Under the pieces are notes generated by a model. That model was not told the DNA's origin. It made no database searches and saw only the letters and a program-made list of their open reading frames with translations. A DNA stretch of 64,000 nucleotides from Halocafeteria seosinensis (Eukaryota). The translations under genes and the position numbers were made by a program. The stretch spans positions 1-64,000 of the forward strand of contig LVLI01000080.1 in the NCBI GenBank assembly GCA_001687465.1, written 5' to 3'. This document shows positions 10,961 through 22,793 of the stretch, piece by piece. The first letter of the stretch is position 1, and each line of letters begins with the position of its first letter.

Positions 10961-13611
10961 CTAAAGTGGACTACCAAAGGTGGAAGATCTACCAGGAGGA
11001 GAACCAGGAGTTGGACCGTCCGCAAACGAATGCACGTTGGTCGAAGAAGCAATTCTCGCAACGTTAGCAGGGTAAAATAGACTATTACTGTGACGGTCAC
11101 CTTCACTGTGACTATCTCGCGCAACTTCTCTGCTCGAATTCTCTTCGAAAGGCAGACCGAAACTTACTCCAGTTCCCGTGTGGTGGTCCTCTTCGGCATC
11201 GCCGAAATAGTAGCCGTTGTCAGGCGCCAATTGTGGTAACGCTGGAGACTGTTGGCCATTTTCAAAAATCGACATGCCAGCCCTCCGGACAATATCTAAA
11301 ATAAATGTCGTGTGTGATTGGGCTGAAAGCAAAGCGGCAAGGAAATTGACCGAGAACGTTTCTGCGTAAGAAGGGCCTGCTGGATATAACCCCTGCAAGG
11401 AGACACAGATCTGCATGAAAAAGAAAACGGACTCACTCTAGACCAACGAAGTACTTACCTCATGCCATGCGCAGTGACCACCTCGCTTGGTTTTCGCAAA
11501 GACAATGTGCTTGTTGTTGGCAGCTGCCCGTTCCCAGGCATGGTGGAAAGAGGGCGGCAACAGAGGATCATCCTCAGCTGCGAGAGCTAGTAACGGTACT
11601 TCGACCTTCTCTAAATGATTCGCAGCAGTCCGTTGATAGTGCCCCTCTGTTCCATTGCCAAACGGCGAGTATTCGTCCATCTCCAAAGGTTCCATTTTAT
11701 CGCAACTGGCGATACGAGAAATGTCAGCGGGTGGAAGCCAATTTAAACCGTAACCAATACCAGCAAGACCGCGATGAGATGTTGATGGAACCTGAGGTTC
11801 CACATTGCTGACGCCTTTTTCCTTGCCGCTGAAGGTGGGTAGCCTGGCTAGAAACGAGTCATACAACTCATGCCCACCCATTTCGTGCATCCGATCTAAG
11901 ACAGGCTTCATTCGCGCGTGATCCATAACATTATCATTTGCTATGTGTCTCCTCACACATGATTGCACACAGAAACCCATTGCCATTCGGTAGGATGTAT
12001 TATTAGTCCGTCTAAGATGAGTTATCATTTTTACCAAGTCTAGACCCGGAGATATCACGACCGCTCCAACGAGTGGTGCCTTATCGCGGTATTCAATCAA
12101 GTAACTTAGTAGCACATGAGCTCCCGCCGAAAATCCTATAGCTAGAAGAGGCGCTCGAGGATAGCGTTCGCGGATGTGATCGAATGCCACTTTGACATCG
12201 CTGCAGTACATGTTGGTCTCATTGCGATAATACATAGATTGCTAAACCATAGCGCTACTCACCGATACTCTCCGAAATCGATTCTCCATCTATCATGTAC
12301 TACCCCCCTCCACCCTCTTTGCGAGCACAAAGACACAATATTACGGCCTGTTCAATAATAGGGAAAATAAGAGTAAGCTCTGATAGCGATTAGTATTGCA
12401 GGATGGTCTACTCACAATAGTTGTCTTCAGCAGATCCCATGATTCCATGGCAAATGAGCACTACTGGTGCATCATCGGGCAGAGGCTGAACGCCCAAATC
12501 AAGGCCCCAGTCCAACACTACCTGTGTGCATTAAATGGGCAAAGAAGCTTTCCCAAGCAAGCATACTATACCATGAAGTACCGATATGATAACATACATA
12601 GTTTCCTTCGTCGAAAGCAGGGAGGTGCTCACGCTTGAATTCACGAAAGGGCTTCAACACTTCGTCCAATTTGTTCAAACTATTGCACAGTACAGTTTGA
12701 GCATGCGTATTGAATGCCCAAAAAACCGGGCGGAAGTGCTGCAAAACAACATAATATGGCAACTTGAGACAAAGTCGCAATCCCCGCAGCGCTACAACTC
12801 ACATCTATCTGGAACCGCTCCATAATGGCCATGTTCCACATAGACCGTTGATAAACCACCTGGACGTAGAAAAGGCAAACGGTGAATGGGTATTGGGGGG
12901 CATAAATATAGCGAAAAAGCCTACGTACTCTGGGAGATTCTTTTACTCTGGAATGATAGTAGATAGCCCACAGCGTTACGAAGAAGAAGCTAACCACGCT
13001 TGTAAATCCTCGACGAAAGAAACGTGGCATCCAAAGCACCCGCCTCGCGGCTTCCCGAGAAACTACCGCAAGAGCGACCGAAAACAAGAGCATGTTCCTG
13101 AGATGTTTGCTTCTGAGTGCTAAGAAAATTGATCTCAAGCTATCTGAGCGAGTTCCGAAGAAGGAGCAAGCATGTACACTGTTGTATAACTCAGAACCTT
13201 GTTTTCGGCATTCTCCACTCACCAATGGGTCCGAATAAATTGAGAATACTCGAAGCCGTCCTGAGATGGAAAACACAACGTCTCGCGTTAACGAACGTGG
13301 AATGTACCTGAGGAATCCAAATGGACGTCACTTACCGCTTGTTCCGCTGTCTCGAAAGTTGGACTAAAAGCCATCCCGTTCCTCCTGGAAGTATATGCCA
13401 TCCAAAGCCTTGAGTAAGTACATTTCCCTCATTGCACCAGGGCTGGGAGCGTACCTGTGACGGCCAGAAGGGCCGTGTATTTCATCCCACGGTGCAATTC
13501 GCTCACAGTCTCCCACAGCTGAGAGATGCCACCTCCTCCATAGTCAGCTACTACCCCTCTTCCATTTGCAGCACTTGTCCGAGAGACTTGATTCCTGTTC
13601 ATAGTTGCCAT
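10961..13611 (-). CDS. Alpha/beta hydrolase, ABHD1/3 / YheT-like, with N-terminal TM segments
   Basis: Multi-exon. HAQTV, KREHLPAFDEG, nucleophile elbow IGFSAG, acid AEDDPL, catalytic His GGHCAW. 5' exons MATMNRNQ...LLAVT/GGTGWLL.../TASSILNLFGPI/DSLRSIF join via GT-AG sites. Confidence 0.85.
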
Positions 13612-13875
13612 ATTGCACCTATATTCAGCATTGGTCGATCAATATCGAGTGTTGATCACTGCTGCCGGTCTCTCAATCCATGCGCGTACTCTGTCCCATT
13701 TCTCTCATACAAACAACTCTTATAGACGAAATGCAGCTATCAGTATGGAAAAGGGAGGACCAAACAATGCATCGGTACTGCTGCGTTCGACTCGGACCGA
13801 GATGCACACCGGTACTGCAGCATTGGCGGAGGTGTCTCTGTGAGACTACGGCGTGGTACACATAGAATGAATCAG

Positions 13876-14740
13876 TCAAATGTTTTCTTCTTCGTCCTCC
13901 TCCGACTCATAATCAAAATCGAATACACCTCCAGATTCATCTATAACACTATTACGATGTAAGTTTCCATGCTGGGTTTGCGCGGATTCCATCGTTTCGG
14001 ATTCTGTCGCAACCTGATTGGAACTATTGGTACACTGGGAGGTGCCAGAAGCTTCCTCTTGGTTGGTAGCGGTATCGGCGCCATACTCGCTCTGAATTTC
14101 CACGTACTCAGTTTCGGTATCTTCAGTTTGTAGTGCTATGGATCGTAGTCTTGGCTTGGGCGGTTTCGCTTGCAGTGGCGCTGCCGACTGCCGCTTGAAG
14201 AGTTCCTCCCTCAGCTCTTTGTTTTCCTCATTGTAGCGCTGCACATAACAAGCAATATATATTGTTCTTACATATTAGGAGGGGGAGTGATAGATGAAAC
14301 GCGCAATGAAGATAGCTTACGTCTCGCTGCTCCTTCGTCTCCTTCCAGAGACCTTCAAATTCATGTACTTGCTGCGCTAGTGCTTTCCTTTGGCCAAGCA
14401 GTTTTGAAATCTCTTGTTGTCGCTTTTGTGAAAGCTCTTCCTGCTGCTTGCTCTGGCTCTTGCGCGATTCGGAAGACTCTTCTAGCTGCCTGTTTTGGGT
14501 CCGTAAGAAACTCATCTGTGGCCGAAAACGTCCCGGTGTGTACAGTTAGAGGTTTCAGCAACGTATGTTGGAGGGGGGGGGGGGGCTTACTTTGTTTGAG
14601 GACTCTCTGTATCTCTTCTCAAGATCCTCATTCAGAAGTAGAAGTTTCCGTCTGTTGCCAGCCGCCGAATCTGGGAGACTGTGGGACCGGCCGGTGTTGT
14701 ACAAGGGTGTTTCATCGGAATTGTGCACTGCAAGATATAT
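13876..14740 (-). CDS. Hypothetical coiled-coil protein with acidic C-terminus; start uncertain
   Basis: Exons ...LLNEDLEKRYRESSNK / MSFLRTQNRQLEE... / RYNEENKELREEL...DYESEEDEEENI joined by GT-AG introns. Confidence 0.55.
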
Positions 14741-14929
14741 CGAAAAAACGTATCAATAGATCTGTAAGTTCATAGTTCAAACGCAGAGAATTCGATGTTT
14801 GCTGCACAATGAGAGGTCGGTCCCAAGTTCCCCTTCAAACCAGAGAGAGCCCTATGTTCAGATAATGTTTATTTTCAAATCGCTACAGCTTCTTATCAAC
14901 CTCTCACAGAGAGACCTAGGCACTATATT

Positions 14930-15739
14930 TCATGGCAGTGAATTCCAAAGCCTGTCTTGAAGCCTCTCGTTGTGGACATCCCGAACAGTCTTGTCAGCAC
15001 TGTAGTCATATTCTGATGAAGGGTATGGCCGACCACGAGCCCAAAGTCTGTCCTCGAGCCTCTCGCTGTGGATATCTCGCGCAGTCTTGTCAGCACTGTA
15101 GTCATATTCTGATGAAGGGTATGGCCGACCAGTAAGCAGTGAATATACAATGCTACATCTTCTCCTTAGCTTCTCCTCTTCCGCATATTCGTCGAGCGGC
15201 GATGAATCCCCGTTCGGGAGGTATCTGTCGTCCGTCCACTGTACGACACACGGCTTGAGAAGTCGTCTCGTCAAGGGAGCACAGTTGAACAAAATGTTTA
15301 CCAGACTCTCATGACTCCAGGCATCACGCCTGTTGTTGGCCCATAAAAGCACTTTCACTTTTGTGCGCACAGGTATCCAAAGGGTGCGTATAATCGTAAC
15401 GTGCTCGGTTCGTTGCCGTACGAAACGGCAGTTCAGTACATCAGGAAAGCAAGCATCGACGGCGGCAGCTTCAACGAGATAAGAGCTATAACGTGCTTTG
15501 TTGCGCAGCCGAAGTAAAACGAGAGCATTGACACCGGTTTCCGCTACTATCGACGAAGCCACCATATCAATGAATGGTGGCAATCCCTTCTCCTTGCCAT
15601 CGTGCAGTTCGAAACGCTGGGAAATTAGCGGGTTATTCGTGAAAACATCACGTATGTAGTCTGCCCCTTCCCCACCCTGCACATTTTTCGATACTTCGTG
15701 TTCTGCAATAACACGTGGGGGCATTCCTTTCGAAGTCAT
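14930..15739 (-). CDS. Hypothetical protein with a C-terminal 32-aa tandem duplication
   Basis: 269-aa ORF; GRPYPSSEYDYSADKT(A/V)RD(I/V)H(S/N)ERL(E/Q)DRLW occurs twice. Confidence 0.55.
   Translation of the reverse strand: MTSKGMPPRVIAEHEVSKNVQGGEGADYIRDVFTNNPLISQRFELHDGKEKGLPPFIDMVASSIVAETGVNALVLLRLRNKARYSSYLVEAAAVDACFPDVLNCRFVRQRTEHVTIIRTLWIPVRTKVKVLLWANNRRDAWSHESLVNILFNCAPLTRRLLKPCVVQWTDDRYLPNGDSSPLDEYAEEEKLRRRCSIVYSLLTGRPYPSSEYDYSADKTARDIHSERLEDRLWARGRPYPSSEYDYSADKTVRDVHNERLQDRLWNSLP
14945..15131. repeat. 96-bp tandem duplication, about 2 copies
   Basis: 'cagtcttgtcagcactgtagtcatattctgatgaagggtatggccgacca' is present at about 14986 and 15082, 96 bp apart. Confidence 0.9.
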
Positions 15740-16354
15740 ATTGTTGATTCAGTGGCGGATAGGGGGAGGAGTCCTTTTGCTTTCTTTCTGCTGGGCCTCT
15801 GTTTATCTTGTACAATGTACCAGTACTTGGTGTGCGCTGATGGTGTGAGACAGGCTTCTTCGTCGTTTTTCTCTTTCTTTTGTTTTGCTACTGGCAATAC
15901 ACTGTCTGTGTTAGCAACTACCTTACCTGGACGCAAATGACGTTCAAGTTGTCGAGCTTCAAGTTCGGGAAACTCTCTGCAGACTGCAGTGAGGATACCG
16001 TCAAGTAACAGCGCTGTAGCGTGTTTTATATGTAAGCAGATGGCGTGAAGAAGTGTTTGTCTCTTAGTCCTACAGGGAAACTAATGAGCGACGGCAGTTT
16101 GTAACGACCCATCTTCATTCTTGAAGCACAATTCAAAATTCGTGGAGAGGTTTTTCAACCTCGAACAACCCGGTAGACTCAACGCGCGTAGGCGACTTGG
16201 TATTCTGTGCAAGTAATTTTTCATGAGACTCGTATATCTTTGATGTACGAGGATTAGAGTAGTTTGCATTAGTAACCAGGTGTTATCTGTTGTTTCAGTT
16301 GCAGTATAGTGTAGTGTTGTATCAAGAGAGTGTAGAATTCAAATCAGGGCAACC

Positions 16355-19300
16355 ATGAAGCGCATTAGTGACTATTTCAAGCCCATTTCCTCCAAAAAGT
16401 CAACCACCAGTAGCAATCCACCAACTACACAGACTTCTGATAGTCCTTTGGAACCCAAGCAGCATCAGTTTTCATCCAAGCAGTCACAGGAGCCTAGAAA
16501 ACAAGCAGCCAGAGGTAGGAAAGCGTTAAACAGGGAGTCAATTTGAATTGTGGAATCATACCCCTGTTTTATGTTGTCCCTGCAGAACCTTTACAAGAGA
16601 ACAAGACACATAACAGTACCCCACAACAAGCAAGATCTACATCGGACACCAGGTCAAATGAAAAGGGAGTGCCATTGCCCTTTGATGGTCTAGGACATAT
16701 GGGTGCTGTCTCGCAGCAGCGCCAAGACCACCCAGCAGACCTGCATAGTGATATCGGAAGACAGTATGTCGTGCCCGCAGCTCCAAAGAACAAAAGACAT
16801 GAATATGTGGAGAATAGTAAGGATGCCATCGAGAAGACCGCCCTGAAGTATTTGAAGAAAAATAATCGAAGCCGGAAAGCTCAGCACCACAAAGCAAAGG
16901 AGCGTCCGCAAACTCAACCGGACGATGCCAACAACGCTAAGGACTCAAATCGTGAAGGGAACAAGAACAAGTCTTTTGATCTTGTACAACCTCAAACAAA
17001 CAGTGAAAGCAACGCTAAGCGCTCAAACGAGGAAGCGAACAACGGATTGGTCCCTGCATGCTCCCACACCCACACTTCTGAGAACTCTAGAACAAACACT
17101 TCGACCAATACCCCTGCGAGGACCCACGAGAAGCCGGTGCGGCAGAAAGAGGTTGAAAAAAGCAACACACCAGATCAAAATAGAACTGAGGAGCCGTCTG
17201 TTCGAGGAAGGACAGAAGTCCCACAAGAGCCTTCTTCTCGGGACAACAATAAAACGCCTGAAGGGAAGAAAGCTGAAAAGGAAGGGTTCAACTCTGTCAG
17301 CAAAGACCCTGGTACCGCAAACGAGGAGTACACCGATGACGGAGATATCATACTTTTATCAGATGATGAGGAAGAGGATGAAGACGATAGCACTAAGAAA
17401 CCTGTTGAAGAAAACAAAGGCTCGAAAGCGAAAACAGGGAAGAAGGTGGCAGACTCGGTTGCATATACGTTCGACAATGATGAAGGATGTTCTCAAGGAC
17501 TGTGCCCGCCAAATAGCTCTAATGAAGCAGTAGAAGCTCTTAACTCATCCTCTTCTCGCAGAAAAGCTGCAGCTATGGTGAAAGCATGGGACAGTGTTGA
17601 AAAAGCGATGGCCAACAGAAAGCGTTACGATGAGCAACCTTCATCTTCTGTTTCCACCGATACTTCCCTCGAAGCACAGAACATGCGGAAAAGACAGCGG
17701 CATTCAAATAGAATGCAAGCATACAAAGTGCTCAATGAACAGGTCGAAGAAAAGCTTGAAAAAGAAAAGAAAGCCAAGGAAAAGGAATTCCGGGACACAG
17801 CGTTCTCAAGGTGGTTCCACGAGAGTATAGTTCCACACATGCGCAAGTTCCAGTCTGTTGTGTTTTTTCTGTGTTCAGGACGTGGTCGTCTACCGCAATG
17901 CCAAGAAAAACCCTCCAAGGTCTATTTCAAGGTATCTAAAGCGATCGACGAATGTCTCGACGGACTAGCCCTGAGGTTCTGGGAGGAATTATCTCTGAAT
18001 GAAAGGGATGTTATTGACCAGGTACTGACCCGTGTTCAACCCTTTCATACCCCTGTTTCTAATTGTGCCGGGATATTTAACGGCGAAACCCTCAATGAGT
18101 TTTGTCGCTTCATGTCACAGTCTGATGAGGAATTTATAAAAGAAATGCACGAAAAGGAGAATGCTACAGCATTCGATAAACTTAGGGAAGGCTGTGAACA
18201 ATATAAGTTACATGGTGAAAGGGTGCGTGTATTGATGGCATTGGCGCAGAAGGTTCTGCAGAGTGTGTCATTGGGATGCTCCTTCCAAGTCCCTTTCAAG
18301 AAAATAACTGTCAGGCTAACTCCCAGTGCTGGTATTAGTAAGGGGGAGTTGGCAGACAGACCAAAGCCATCCAATCAGCTTGCAGCTAACCCCATCCCCG
18401 TAAAACGCATGAGCAGTCGATTGTTGATGACGGTTTCCTGGAAACTTACTTCTTATCTGAAGTCTATAATACGCCCGAGGAAACGTTATGGAGAAACCGC
18501 TGGGGCCGATGCTTCTCCATTGACGGCTCTTGAGCATTGCCGTCATCTTCTGGTGTTTCCCCGCTCCACAAACACGTCCAGTCATCTAGTAGCCAAGTAT
18601 CACGGTTCAAACCGGGGACAATTAGGACGAACTTGGTTTCAACGCGTCCAAGGGCGGTTGCAAGATTGTCTAGCGAGGACGAACACGGAAGCCGCAGAGT
18701 CTCCTATTCACAGCGCCGAGCAATTTGCAGATTTGCTTTGGCAGCGTTCATTTACTCCCTTGTGGCTTTCCAGCTGGGTGGATAGCTTTGATGAAGAGTG
18801 CAAGTCCGAGTGGAGCAGCTGGCAGCGTGAGGCACGGCTGCTTCGTCCCTGGATAAAAGCGTTACACGATCAGCTGAATCAGAAGGGAGAATCACCGGAC
18901 AGACCCACTGTAATGTTGCTGTTAAACGTGATGGCTCTAGTACCTGACTCTTCCATCCAAGATAACATTTTTGACCTGTTACAAGAGCTGCAGCAGTTTT
19001 TCCCAGCTCATTTGTGTCGGCGATCTTTACCATATACCTCATTTGATTTTATACATGCGATCATCGAAGATCTTGCTACTCCTGTTTCTCCGCAGAGTTT
19101 TGTTCTAGAACAAAGCAAAGTGGACATCACCTCCTTGTCGAAGCGCTCTTATGATGCTATGAACAAGGGTACGGATAACTTCACTGCACGGATATTTTGC
19201 CTCTTTCGGGGAAGAGTCATGTATGGGGAATGGCTAGTAAAGATCCTTTGGGACAGTGTCGACACACCTGCATTTTCCCCACTGTGGAAATACCTAAAAG

Positions 19301-19575
19301 TGGGCGAAGCAAATGAGTATGCGCATGCAAACATCTTATTGGATAACATTGCACTTGGTCTGAGTATCAAAACAGCGGAGCTTCGATTAAACGAGGCAGG
19401 GAGTCAGCCCATTGACGGCAGTGACAAGTCTCCCTTAGATGTGGAATACAGAAATCTTCTGCACCGCACGAAAATGATATTTGAGAATCTGATGAGCGTG
19501 GTGGTCAAACTGCTCGAAAGCCGGGACGACTTGAAGGAATTATGTGACGAGCATAGGGACTCCCTAAAGCTGTAG
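16355..19575 (+). CDS. Large hypothetical protein: disordered N-half, helical C-half
   Basis: Exon 1 MKRISDYFKP... (PIP-box-like) spliced at about 16514-16584 into the 1010-aa ORF; no domain recognised. Confidence 0.7.
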
Positions 19576-19737
19576 CACCAAACGGCGTCATCTAGATCGC
19601 TTTAACTCGGGGACCTACTCTCTCCAGTCTCACACTAAGATTGGGAGATGCCAATCCTGGGAATACGCGCTCGGAGTTACTGTCGCTTACACTATTATCC
19701 TTTTGACCGACGAAGTCTTATATACGTATTTTACCCA

Positions 19738-21253
19738 TCAGTACTCCGAGGCTTCACCTGCCACAGTTTCAGCTTGCTGAGAACACGTTTCCCAATCCAG
19801 GGCGTCCAACATCTCTGACGACGGTCTGTTCCACTTCTCCATTGATCCGTCAGGTTGCGGGAATATCCAATTAAGCGTATCAAGTGCGAGCGTCTGTGAA
19901 GCTTCTTCATCCAACACGAACGCGTGGACGAATCCTGCATTTCAAGAACAGGAATCTACGCACGTACAATCCTAAAGAAGACAGCTGAATCCCACGCACC
20001 GTACCTCGATTGCATAGATGTACATTCTCGGCTTCTACAAGTCGCAGTACCTCATTGTAATCGCCTGCGCGATTCCATCCATCCTTTCTAGAAAAATACC
20101 AAACGAGTTGCGTTTTGTGCTGCTTGACCAAATCCGGGGATAGGGCTCGGATTTCTGCGGGAGAACGAGCACAGACGTCCAGTGTCGATACGACAACGAT
20201 GGGCTGGAATATCTACGTACCTTCCATCTCATGTTTAGCCATATAAAGACAATTTTGGGCAACAGGCGAATGGATAATACTCTTCAGTCCGAAAACGCAA
20301 TGTGGTTGTTCGCCGACACGAGCTTTAACCGGAAGTTGCTTCCACGAGTCGGGAAGCAACGCCAATAGGGAAGCAGTGAGACCAGCGAGCGGCCTGCCAT
20401 AGCAAAACAAAGGGTACAACTTGATACCATTAGGCGTCGAACCAATATGTGTGACGGTGGGGAAAAGTAGAATGTGCTTGCGAGTGACTTTCTGACCAAG
20501 CGCTTCTGCTATCCTCAAGGACATGTAGCTCCCGACGGAGTGACCCACTGTTACAAAACGAACATGAGGGTGAGCTTTCCGGATCTGTTTCAGCACCTCA
20601 ATTTTATGTCGAATTTGGGATTCTAGTGAGTGCCTCTGAGCTGTTCCTTGCAGACTATCGGGAACCGACGTCTTCGAATGGTGAGAGTGTCCAATTCCCA
20701 TAACCAGAATATCCTCCCGTTCTTGGAGATTATACGCCAAAGTCCCCATAAATGTGTGGTAAAAGTGAATCGTCCCCGGGTTTCCGGGAAGCACTACGAT
20801 AACTTCCTTTAGCTTTGGTAACTTTGTTGTTGTGGAAGACACGACTCTGAAGGGATGGTGCCTTCCATACGAGAGAATGTCTGCCATCCATGTCCCGTAT
20901 GCGGGACTATCTATCCGATGGCGTATCCATCGAGGGACTAATCTACCGCGCGGATCGTCATCTTTGACCNCTGTGAAACTTGTTTCAGAGCTCTTATGGC
21001 TCCGAAAACATCCACGATACACCAAATGGCATGGGCTCCACAGAGTCCATTGGATCAATTTGAAGCACCCTCGAAGAGTTTGTCCAGCAATATAGAGCCC
21101 CAGTAGGATGGGTCCACCGATCCCCCAATATAGAAAAATCCATCGTAATTTCGTAGTTAAGGGAAGATGTTTGGACTGTATCGACGCTAGGTAAGGGTTA
21201 TCTGGAGGACCTATCCACTGATGTCCTCCTGCACCTTGTCTAAATGAGGTCAT
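19738..21253 (-). CDS. LDAH: Lipid droplet-associated hydrolase (LDAH/C2orf43-like)
   Basis: VVLPGNPG..HFY..F, GHSVGSY nucleophile, LLFPTV..IG.TPNG, YF..KDGW; final exon FVHAFVL carries the catalytic His. Two introns. One ambiguous base n at 20970. Confidence 0.88.
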
Positions 21254-21338
21254 TGTACAGTTTTGTTGTATCTACTCACAGCATATCTCGTTTCTACGCA
21301 TAAATATACACATTCTTGGTGTATCAAACCAAACCATA

Positions 21339-22791
21339 ATGGCAGCCTCTGGTGAAGGGGACGAGGATCTCCTGCAGCAGGAGCACGAGGAGATGATGGC
21401 TCAAGGCGCTGATTACATCGAATACGACCTCAATGAGGTCCTCGATGAAGCAGAGGAAGGAGAGGACAATGATCAAGATGATGATGAAGAGGAGGACACA
21501 GAAGATGACTCTGTGCTGCAATTTAGAGGCCACCAGGACTCGGTGTACTGCGTGTCGGTGCATCCTTCACGCCCGTGGGCCATCTCAGGTGACGGCGATG
21601 ATTCATTTTGTGTCTGGTCTTTGGAAGATGCGTCGATCATTTACCATGAGAAAGCTCATACAGATACCGTCATTGCTGCTGCGTTCAACTTTGACGGTGA
21701 GTACTTTGCAACAGCCTCCATGGACGGCATTGTCAAGGTAAGCCTCTGCTTTGCTTCAACGACAAGACGCATGTCAGTGCCATTGGTTTGAAGATACATG
21801 CAGGTCTGGTCCACTGAAAATGGCAAGCTAATACATACCCTTGAAGGCCCTTCTGATGACCTTGAGTGGATGCGATGGCACCCCAAAGGAAATGTCTTAG
21901 CTTGTGGAGGAGCTGACACCACAGTATGGATTTATGATACTATAAAGGGCCAATGTATCAACGTACTAGCGGGACATGAAGAGTCCGTACTGTGTGGGGA
22001 ATTTACCCCTTCAGGGAAGCAGGTTGTTACGAGTGGTGCAGATGCATCGACAAAGCTGTGGTCCCCCAAATCTGGAAAGTGTACACAAACGATCCCCGTG
22101 CAGGAGTGGCATTCTGGAGCCATTGTCTCCCAAGCGTGCGCATTGTCTCGGCCTTTGGTAGCTACAGGGTCAATCGACTCAACGATGAAAATCGCCAACT
22201 TGCAGACAAACAAATGCCTGAGCACAATTAAGTTTGGAAGTGTCAGCGGCGGCGAGGGAACCAGTGAGGACGAAGGAGGCATCGAAAACTCTCCAAGCGT
22301 CGAAAGCGTGGCGTTCGCGAACAACGTTAACTGGGTTGCTGGAGGGGCGAATAATGGAAAGGTTATCATTTTTAATCTTGATGACGCATCGGTAAGAAGA
22401 ATCCATTACGCCTATTTAGCCCTCCGCGCGTCGACACTGGTTCTTGAATGACTGCTACTGCCACCAGGTACGACACTCTGTCCAACTCGAGGACAGTGTT
22501 ACAAAGTTGACTTGGCATCCGACTCTTCCAGTAAGTCACGTTTCCATATGACTAAGTTATTTGGCGTTTGTGTACTTGTGTTTGGAGCAATTGCAGCTTG
22601 TAATAGTGGCGGCAGCGGATTCACGGCTACACGTGATCGATGCGAGAAGTGGAGAGATATCAGCAGTGTTCAAAGGTCATTCAGGAATGATTCTGAACTT
22701 GGCAATTATTCCGATCAAGTCCGACGACGGGACGGAGGTTCGTATCGTCACAGCAGGAGATGATACAATTTGTAGGGTATTTCATCTGTAG
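21339..22791 (+). CDS. WD40 protein, AAMP/SQT1-like (uL16 chaperone family)
   Basis: Acidic N-terminus, then FRGHQDSVY, HTDTV..FNFDG.YFATASMDG, LEGP.DDLEWMRWHPKGNVL, AGHEESVLCGEFTPSGK; 4 exons. Confidence 0.88.
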
Positions 22792-22793
22792 TG

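Noticed and set aside
16081..16083. In-frame TAG suggesting an alternative genetic code
   Set aside because: TAG, TAA and TGA all terminate conserved genes here, and conserved exons have no internal stops; an intron or decay is more likely.
20970..20970. Ambiguous base n in LDAH
   Set aside because: Assembly artefact; the reading frame is preserved.
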